64,000 nt of DNA from the human T2T-CHM13v2.0 reference genome, Homo sapiens: NCBI RefSeq assembly GCF_009914755.1, contig NC_060927.1. One strand, given 5' to 3'. The translations under genes were made by a program, and so were the position numbers. The notes below the pieces were generated by a model, which saw only the letters and a list, made by a program, of their open reading frames with translations, was not told where the DNA came from and made no database searches. The stretch's first letter is position 1, and each line of letters opens with the position of its first letter. Below, in pieces: positions 54,017 to 64,000 of this stretch.

Positions 54017-57000
54017 CTCAGAAATACGTTGCTACTTGGCTGCCTCTGTTCTATTATTGTACACCTTGAAGGTGAGGTTAATTAAGTCCTGTTGTGGGGT
54101 TTGAGGGCCGGAATCTAATTTTTGGAGCTTTTTCTAATGTCGGGGGCGGGTTGGGTAATAAAATGCATATTGAGAATAAGACGGCCTTCTGACCTTTTAG
54201 GGTCTAGGGCTATAAAGCATCTCAGGGTTGCTACCAAACAAGCCATGAACTGGGTTGAGTTTTTACATTTGATGAAAAAGAGCCTAAATGCTGTCTGATT
54301 TGGGAGAGGTCGGATAAAGAAAAAGGAACATTAACCCTGGCTATGCCTTCAGCTCCAGCCACCTCTTTAAGAGGAAACTGTTGGGCAGGTTGGGGAGGGC
54401 TAGTTGAGGAAAGAAACTGTAAGCCAGATAGGGTGTGAGGAGGGGAGGTGATAAAAGGATTATAGGGTGGGGGAGCGGAGGCTGAGGAAGAATTGGGACC
54501 TGGCTTGGCCTAGTGAGGAGCAGCTTGGGGAGGAGGGGAGAGGTCAGATGGGTCTGCAGAAAAGGAGGATTCAAAGGACTCAAGAGTTTGGGGTGGAGAC
54601 TGAAGGAACAGACAGGAGAGAAAGAAGAAGGATTTGGGACAAGTTCGCACTGGGAGTAGAGACTAGGGAGGGACTGATGTGTAGTAAAGAATGCCTGGAC
54701 GTCAGGCACCTCAGACCCATTTGCCCATTTTTTCGACAAAAATCATCCAGATAAAATGGAGAAATCAAAAGTGTTGTTTTCTGGCTATTTAGAACAATTA
54801 TTGAGTTTGTATTGGGGCCAAGCGGTGTTGCAGAAGAAAATAAGACGCTTAGGTTTTAGGTCAGGCAAGAGTTAAAGAGGTTTTAAGTTTTTGAGAACAC
54901 AGGCTAAGGGAGAAGAAGGGGGAATGGAGGGTGGAAGGTTGCCCATAGTGAAGGAGGTAAGTTTAAAGAGAAAGGTAGTGACACGGAGAAGGGGGTGGTG
55001 AGCAGCCCTGGGACGCAATGTGGGTGAGCAGCCAAAGCAGGTGTCCCCGCAATTGACTTGTCACCAAGGGTACGTGGGTGAATGACCAAGGCAGGCATCC
55101 CCACGGTGATCAGACACCAATGAAACATGGGTGAATAATCAGGCAGGCATCCCCGCAGTGGTTAAACACCAAGGGAAGACTGTCTTCCTGAGTCCGTGAC
55201 TGGCGCCGGAGTTTTGGGTTTCCGGATAAAATGTGTCTCTGTCTCTACTAGAGGGGAGAAAGAACTGGAGTTGGAAGGACAGGGAGATTGAAGGGTAGTG
55301 AGAGAGGGAGATTGAAGGGTAGCGAGAGAGGCTGGAGAAGAGAGTGAAAAGACCACTTACCTGATTTGAAATTGGTGAGATATTCCTTGGGCTGATTGGT
55401 CTGAGGACCCGAGGTCATAGGTGGATCTCCCCACAGAGTGAGGGCGAGGACAGGGGACTGGTCTCCCGAAGGAGTCCTCCTGTCCCAGGTCTTCGGCACC
55501 AAATGTCACGCGAGTCTATGTGAAGAGACCACCAAACAGGCTTTGTGTGAGCAACAAGGCTGTTTATTTCACCTGGGTGCAGGCGGGCTGAGTCCGAAAA
55601 GAGAGTCAGCCTCCTGTTTTATTCCTTTAAAAATCTGCTCAGTGTTTGGTTCCTGTGCATGTGTATATGTGTGTATGTGTGGTACGTATGTGCATGCACA
55701 TGTGGTTCACTTTAATCCACCTGTTGGGATTCCTTAGCTGAGTGAGGTACCATTGGTGCAAGTTCTGCTTGCCATTGACTGTGCAGGGCATTTACTTTTT
55801 CTGAAAGGATAATGTACCTATTTTATGAAGAAATCATTTAACAACATAATATGAAAGGGTAAATAAAGGTTATGGGAAATTATATCATGTTAGACTAAGA
55901 GGCTGAAAATACTACCCAGAAAGTACGTTACCTTCTTTAAGGTGCTTAGGATGGTACATTTATTTCTGAGCAGAACCACTGTGTGCTGGTGACCACATCG
56001 GACACTCATTGTCTCTTGAACTTTTCCCGTCTGCTATATTCACGTAATCCTTTCGTTAGTTCTCAGAATTCCCAGCGAAAGACTTTGTGACAATCATTTA
56101 TTTTTTTTTAAATGTGAGCAATTAACTCTTTTTTCTTCTATTTAATATATTATCTTGAGACAACTGGTATGTGTTAAATGGCTATTTTACTGGGATTGTT
56201 ATTCTTCAGAGATGCCAAAAATGCCTGAAGCTGATTGGAGATTCTCATGTATTAAAAGTAATTGCATATTAGTCTTTATATCTGAATGCTTTATAATTAC
56301 AGGTAAACTCTCAGTGTGTTTCCTTTCTTCGTAACATTCTGATCGTTAGTATGTTTACAGATTCTTTTAGAAAAAGGTTAGAATTAACATCAATATGGTA
56401 TAATCATTTCAGTATTTAATATAAAAATGTATAAACAGGCTGATTTTAAAAGTAACATATAAATTATCAACCCTCAAATAAAAATTATATATCTTAAAAG
56501 TATGACTAGGAAAGCTAATTTTTAAAAATATACTGATTTACCTCTATTGTTGTATTAAAAGGCTCATTTTAAAGAATGCAAAACATCCAGGAAAATTCCA
56601 TGAAGAGATATTGTTAAGTGAGCCACCCTCTTTGTTAATTTTGTCTTCAAAAGAAGTCTGTGCATTTAATTTGCTACCGGTGTACCCAATATATGTGTTT
56701 CTTGGCTTATTTAAAAATTTTAAGTAAATTTCCAACTAATATAATATTTTAAATGTTATCCCAGTTTAGTAATAAATTAACCAAGTGAAAACAATGAAAA
56801 TATTATATTCAATCTTACATCCTCATTATTGGAATGAGATCGTATTTACAATAATTAACCTACATCAATGCAACTATTTTTCAGTGTTTCAAAGTTATGA
56901 TTCTTTAATGTGTACGTAGAATAAATCTAAACAACAATTAAAAAGAATCAAACAAGCTATGTCTAATGGAGATTAAGAAGCATTCTCCGTGAAGATTTAG

Positions 57001-57070
57001 TATATCATCTGGTATCTCTTTGTATAAACTCAAAATTTTTTAGGTACAAATAATAAATAAAATGTTTGTT

Positions 57071-57378
57071 GGCTGGGTGCGGTGGCTCACGTCTGTAATC
57101 CCAGCACTTTGGGAGGCCGATGCGGGTGGATCACAAGGTCAGGAGTTTGAGACCAGCCTGGCCAATACGGTGAAACACCGTCTCTACTAAAAATACAAAA
57201 ATTAGCCGGGCTTGGCGGGCATCTGTAGTCCCAGCTGCTCGGGAGGCTGAGGCAGCAGAATCGCTTGAACCCAGGAGGCCCGGAGGTTGCAGTGAGCTGA
57301 TGAGATCACGCCATTGCATTCCAGCCTGGGTGGCAGAGTGAGACTCCGTCTCAAAACAAACAAACAAACAAACAAACA
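57071..57378 (+). mobile_element. AluS (Sg-like) with (AAAC)n tail
   Basis: Dimer; flanks tgtttgtt on both sides. Confidence 0.95.
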
Positions 57379-57515
57379 GTGTTTGTTAACATGTTATGTG
57401 GGCTTTAAAAATGAAACTAAATATAGATTAAACATAGTTACAGTTTTGTTAAATATTTTCAGTACATTTTAAAGGAAATAAACAGCTTTGGTTTCCTGTG
57501 ACAGTCCTAATTTAA

Positions 57516-57816
<301 letters not shown>

Positions 57817-57909
57817 AAATCTTTTTCTTTATAAGTATTCTTATGTTTGTTCAGACCATGTATCTCTATTTTTGGTTTGAAAAATATAAATAGATAGTAA
57901 AAATAGTTT

Positions 57910-58130
57910 AACAGCTATCATTTCTTGAATACTCACTCTGAAGCAGGCAATATGGTTAAGACCTTTGGAAGATTATATCATTTATTCTTCTGAAAAAAAA
58001 GTTAAGATTTGTAAACATCTCCATTTTATAAACGAGAAATTTGAGACCTGGAAAGGTTAGGTAGGTAATCCAATATCACACACCTAATAGGGGGCTCCAA
58101 ACTTAAACCTGGCATCGTCTTACTGCAAGA
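57910..58130 (-). mobile_element. MIR
   Basis: catctccattttataaacgagaaatttgagacctggaaaggttaggta core. Confidence 0.7.
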
Positions 58131-59681
58131 TTAACATTGTGTTATATTTGGGTACAGGTTATTTCACTCTTTGCAATTTAGCGACTTTAGGTTGATCTTT
58201 TGAGAAATGTAATTTCAGGGAAATATATATCTTAGATAAGTATCTATTAAAGTTTAGGCTGATCTTTGAATGTTATGAAGAAGAGGGATCATGTTATTTA
58301 TATTTTGGTACTCTCAACATGTAGCTCAGTGTCACATATGATAATAAACACTCAATTCGTTGAAATGAAGTAAAGGAAATTCTTCATTGGGAGCTTAAGG
58401 AATAAAATGGGTGAAAAGGTATGGAGCAATATTGTAAAATCCACCTTTTACATCACCATTATTAAAGATATTACTAATTTTAATTACAAATTATAACTTT
58501 TAAAAAATGTAATTATGAATGAGATGCAACTGAATGCTGAAGAATATCTCTTGACCTCTTCTGTGTTGTCCTTCCACATTATAAAAATTGATTTATTTTT
58601 GAGAAGGAATGACTCAAGGCTGTAGAGGGCAGTATAAGCCAACTCAAGTGGACTTTCCTGGGTTAGTGAAGTGGTACAACTGTTGTTACTGTCCAAGTGT
58701 CCAGTTAGGTTTGATACCCCAAGTATCTGACCACTGGCCATTAGAATTGTTTCAGACTTAAAAATAAAGGAAGATAAAATGGAAAGTGTTTTAGAACCAA
58801 AGAATCACATAAACCCACAAAAAGGTGGCAATTATGCAACAGCTGTTTCCACCCTTAGAAATTCTTGTGGCAAAACCAAAGCCATTACCTGGATAATCCC
58901 AGCCTAAAAACAATTCGTCTCAGTGAACTTTATGATAAAGTTTCTTGTAAAGAATTTACTTTCTTTACTTGTCTAGTTGTATAATTTCAATTAAAAATAG
59001 TAAAATCCTCCACCGTCCTCCCCTTTTCCTCTCTCTACCTTCACCAACTTATAAAGACATGGACTGTTTAGTTGTTTACCAAATGATGAGCTATTACTAA
59101 ATTTAGAAAATAATTAATATCAGTTCAGATTTTTTTGACATTCTCTTATTTTGTTGCCAGTGTTTATGGACAGTTTGATTATTCAATGTTTGCTTGATTA
59201 TATCACTTTTCTAGTTAATAAGATGTTTTTGGACTATATTTTCATTGAGTTTTTTAGGTTTTCATTTAGGGAAAAAAATCCTGGCAATATTGTCACCTTT
59301 GTTGCCTACACTGATCATCTGATGGGGATGGATATCTAAAAAGAAGTAAAGTGCAGGGTAATGCTAATTATATATTTTAGTTAGATAGCATTTTATCTGC
59401 TCATTTATTTTGGCATTTAGCTTTAGAGAAGTATAGTTTCCATGGCTGAATTTTTTTTTTAATTATATCTAACAATATCTGATGATGTAATACCAGACAT
59501 TCTACTCATTTCCTCGGGTAATTATGTCTAATTTAAATAATTTCAATAGGCAGTAGTATCTCAAAAGTTTTAGTAAATAGCAAGTTTTCTAAATGTAGAT
59601 AAATGAAGCATGTGTGCCAGAAATGATAGTTGTGCTGTCTTCAGGTCTTTCTTGTATGTTTGACAATGTAAAATGTGTTGA

Positions 59682-59831
59682 GGCCAGGCGTGGTGGCTCA
59701 TGCCTGTAATCCCAGCATTTTATGAGGCTGAGGCAGGAGAATCAGTTGAACCCGGCAGGTCGAGGCTGCAGTGAGCAGTGACTGTGCCATTGCCTTCCAG
59801 CTTGGGTGACACAGCAAGACTTTGTCTCAAA
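59682..59831 (+). mobile_element. Alu monomer (FAM/FRAM-like or internally deleted Alu)
   Basis: Left-arm 5' start fused to right-arm 3' end, ~150 bp. Confidence 0.85.
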
Positions 59832-60644
59832 GTAAAGTGATGAGAAAAAGAAATGTGATAAGAACCAAGGAATATAAAATTAGTTCAGAAAAATAAAAAT
59901 AAAAATGTGAAGACACCAAATGTTCCCATCATATTCTCATTTAATTTTTACCATGACCAGTGGTTGCCATTATTATCTTTGCAGATGTGGGGAAACTGGG
60001 GCTCAGTCAATACCAGTGATATGCTGAAGTTGAAGTGGTTCATAAATTATAATACTATAACTGGCATCCAGTCTTGCCTTAATATTTGCTTAGAATTAAA
60101 TAGCTATTTTATGATTGTATTGGCACAAATGTGATTTTTTCAATATCTTTTTCAAAACACTACTTATATTTTGTTGAATGAATAACTGGCTTTTTTTTCT
60201 TTTAGCTGGAGAAGATGTTGTCTGAAAATTATCATCGGTTTATTGACCTCCCTAATTCCCTGACTTTGGGCAGTTTCTCATTTTCAGTTTTGCCTTAGAA
60301 GGTTTTTCTGTGTGATCTAAGGTATAGTTAAGCTTGAATGTATATTACATGTGTGTGAAAGCCAAAATTTAAAAGAATCTATAGAACTAAGAGCAGTGAG
60401 ACATTAATCAGATGAAATTATAAATTCAATAAATTTGTGATGCAAATTTACTTTTTGACACTCAATATTTTTTAGATACAAGTCAAGATTCCAAATATTG
60501 ATTGATCTATCTATCTAGTTATTTTTACTTTGTGATTTTTGTTTTAACATTAGGGGCTTATATCTTTGGTTACAAGGGATTGACCAAAACGCACTATTTT
60601 TCTTTCCTCCCGAAGCTCTTTATAAGCATTAAATTGCAAGAAGA

Positions 60645-60953
<309 letters not shown>

Positions 60954-61254
60954 GAAGATATTTATTTTTTGTGGTATCTCTGTAAAGCACATAAAATTTG
61001 TTGCCATGAATCTCATTATTAAAACACTGAAATGGATCGCTGATATGCCTGCTCTTCTCTAAAGAGGAGGGGGTGGACTCAGTATATGGTACTGTTGGTG
61101 TGAGTGTGGATCACAATATGATTCACCCAGCTAAGAAGTAAACCCATATTTGGTTTTAAATTTGTCGAAAGAACATTTCCAAAGGGAAAACATGGCGGGA
61201 ATGGAAGGAAAGATTGGAAAGTAAAGATATTCTGCTACTATCTTACTAGGAGAA

Positions 61255-61460
61255 GAATTTGAGGCCTACTTTAAGGGTATATGACTTGGGCAAGTTATTT
61301 AAACTTTCTAAATCTCAGTATCCTCATCTATAAAATGGGAAAGTAATAGTACCTGCCTCACTGATTATTAGGCATAAGGAATAATAGAATTATGAATAGT
61401 GAGGTAAGACATATAAATGGCTTCTGTAGTACTTGACACATGGTATTCTCTAAGCAATTG
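61255..61460 (+). mobile_element. MIR
   Basis: tgacttgggcaagttatttaaactttctaaatctcagtatcctcatctataaaatggga core. Confidence 0.8.
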
Positions 61461-64000
61461 ATAATAAATAGTAAAAGGTAGTTCTTATTGCTGCAGTAAT
61501 CGTAAATGAAAATTAATGCCTGAAGTTCAGTGGTAGCAAAGGGACTGGAAAGAAAATATCAAATGAACAAAGGGTAGATAAGTAGACCCCATAAGTGCTT
61601 AGTGACTGATGTGGTGTGGGTATTGCAGTAAGGAGGCTCACCAAGATGACGAGCCTGGCCAAGCATAGAGGGCTATATTAGAAGTACTGTCTTATCTCAA
61701 GAAAGTAAGGTTTTCAAATATCAATAAGGCAAAGAAGTAGGGGGAAAAAAACCCTTGAGAACAACTTCTGTTTTTGTTTGACACACTTGTTTTAATGAAT
61801 TTGTATCTAACATTGACCATGTTTAAGTGGTTTTAGATAAAGTGCATTTTTGCTGTTGTTCTTGTGGTTCTCCTACCTAAGCAATTCAAGTTTTCAGAAC
61901 TAATTTGTTTGACTAGTCAATGTTCTCTCTTAAACAGCTTAGTGGCAAAATTCCTGCCATTGCTCTGTTGTAAAGAATCAGCTCTTCTTTAAGATAAACA
62001 GTATCTAGAAGCATGGCCAGGTGCATTCACTGCACTGTAAGAGGGAGACATGGGGGGAGTAGTCAGGAAGCATGTAGGTGGGAAGGGTTTCCTGTTTCCA
62101 GGCAACAGCAAGGAGCTACAGACGGAAAGCAACTTGAATATAAATTCATTCAAGAAAGGACATTTTACCACCTTGCCTTCTAAGCAGTGAGGACGCGGAC
62201 TTGACTGAAAGAGTGAGGTTGAAGCTTCATTTGTCAGTGGGTAAAGTTATTAGAAACCTATTTCTCATTAGGTTTTGTATGTATGAAAAATATCACATAC
62301 TAGTGGCCAGGTTAGCATTTTTAAATATTTGAAAAATAGTAGCATCTACGCTTGCCTTCCTTCCAATTTTCCAGAAACATGGGTTTTTTTATGGCTTCAT
62401 TTTCCTGTCTTTCTGCCTAAAGAGCAGAGGGGCTCGTGGCCCTGAAACAGGCTCCTTCCCTGCCTGACTCCATCTGCAGGAAGGAGAAGCACAGCACACT
62501 CAGCTCAAAGGGAGGTGCCTCCTCCCTTGAAGAAGCCCATCCAGAGGTTCACAGGGAGCAGATGAGAGAAGAGTTCTTCCTGCTCCCTGGGCCAAGGGGA
62601 ATGTGGACCTGTCCCCTGCTTGTGACATTTTCCCCAACCTGTCAAATGCAAGAGTAGCAAATTTGGAAGAGTAGAAGAAGGCAGTTGCAGGCGGCAGCTA
62701 CCTGATTGGGGTGAGTTATTCTTGAGGCATTTGAGATATTGAGTTGATGATTTAAATATTGGCCCACTAAAGATTTTATAAGTAATGTAGTCATTCCTTG
62801 GGCCCTGAGGGACCCTCTTGTTCTATATTCCAGCTCTTTCGTAATGAGAGGGATTACCCATACTCAGAAGAGATGCATGTCTCAAACGCCTGCATTATTT
62901 TTTCTCACTTTCACATTGTGTTTCCTCTAGTTGTTGAGGTGAGCTCCTTTTAAGATAGGCTTTATTGTTTTATTATACTGCTTATATTTAGGAGTTTTTC
63001 TTCAAAATCTATGTCAGAAGATAGGTCTCGTAAAGGGCGAGTAAGCACTTGGGCGAATCATGCACTGGAATTTATCTTTTGATTAAGTTTGAGAGTGTGC
63101 CTGGAACAGTTGGGTCTTTCATCTCTCAGTCTGGAGCCTCCTTTAGTAACTTGTCCTGAGACTATAGGCAACCCACTAGCTAGTTATAGGGCCACCAAAA
63201 GAGCTGCCCAGACACTTAAGCAAACACACAGGGTCCAAGCTTCATACTGGATCCCTTCTTGCCATGTATTCGGGGATGAATCACTGCTTGAAGGGTCTAA
63301 TCTGTCTCCTTATTGTCCTGTCTGGAAGGGTCACATTATTTGAGTGTAACTCCTGAGAGCCTGGCGGGTCTTTTCACACAGATGTTGATGGATGCTTTGC
63401 AGTCCCTCCCATCCCAGCAGATTTCTTTGTGCCTCTTTTTACATAGGCACTTAACCTATGTTGAGGGAGCCTCTTTTATTACCAGAAAGAAGACGTTAAA
63501 GGAGTTTAATCCTCACTGTTGGTAATAGTTTGTTCTTCCCCAGTTTGCATACTCGGGTTTTAGTTGGATATCGAGCTGCCTCTTTTTTACCATATCGGTC
63601 TTCATTCTATTATTTGTGTTCTTAAATGTCTTGTGGGAACATTAGAAAGGTACCTATGATGGTTGAATATCTTTAGTTTTACTATCATTTTCTATAGAAT
63701 TTTAAAATCTAGTTTTAAGAACACAAGTTGGCAAGCTCTGGAGTATTTTTTGTTAATTATATAAATTATATATTTATGGCGGTGGATTTTTTTTCCCTAC
63801 GTAACTTTGGATTGTACTTGAGAAGCTCATTGCAAATCAGCACAGCAGATTTTAAAAAGCCAATAATCTTTTATGTAAAATTTGACTTACTTATGGCATT
63901 ATATATGCAGTTAATTGGGTCTAGTTCATTTTAATCACTTGACATCAGTTATAGAGTCCAATTTCAGACATAGGAAATTATGAAACATTAATGTAATACA

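Larger units (their letters stand above)
53172..55610 (-). mobile_element. HERV-H (LTR7/HERVH-int) processed retrocopy: R-U5-PBS-leader-gag-pro // U3 remnant-R-polyA
   Basis: Identical 52-nt R segment at 53211-53262 and 55552-55603; U5 ends ...TGACA at 55504; PBS 55483-55501; TATA remnant 53291-53299; AATAAA 53222-53227; poly(A) 53172-53207; 8-bp duplication attccttt at 53164-53171 and 55621-55628. Confidence 0.9.

Noticed and set aside
53643-54104. 153-aa + strand ORF
   Set aside because: Antisense shadow of HERV-H gag; no independent coding evidence
55021-55330. Short internal repeats (gggagattgaagggtag x2; caggcatcccc x2)
   Set aside because: Lie in the HERV-H leader, which normally carries such repeats; not a separate system

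Overview
This is mammalian DNA, almost certainly human: AT-rich, with about 22 Alu copies plus MIR, L2, L3/CR1, L1, MER5A, MER20 and HERV-H. It holds the 5' end of a + strand gene. There is a CpG-island promoter with CCAAT and TATA boxes (~6700-6725), a non-coding first exon ending at 6893, a probable alternative first exon ending at 7980, a 72-nt second exon (10112-10183), and ~54 kb of the following intron. From memory the exon 1/exon 2 sequence matches the 5'UTR of BBX (HMG-box factor, 3q13); I cannot check this here. No main CDS lies in the window, and almost all ORF-track entries are Alu, GC-rich or chance ORFs. The most notable items are: (i) an antisense HERV-H copy with mRNA architecture (R-U5-PBS-gag-pro//U3 remnant-R-polyA, TSD at an L1-type site) and a Phe-like rather than His primer-binding site; (ii) a hydrophobic uORF starting in exon 2; (iii) a ~200-bp multi-hairpin, forkhead-motif-rich element at ~45940-46135; (iv) a nested local templated duplication at 37.5-39.2 kb; (v) three closely spaced inverted Alu pairs. 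Nothing here demonstrates a new biological system; the findings are testable candidates. Repeat subfamily calls and boundaries are by eye and approximate.
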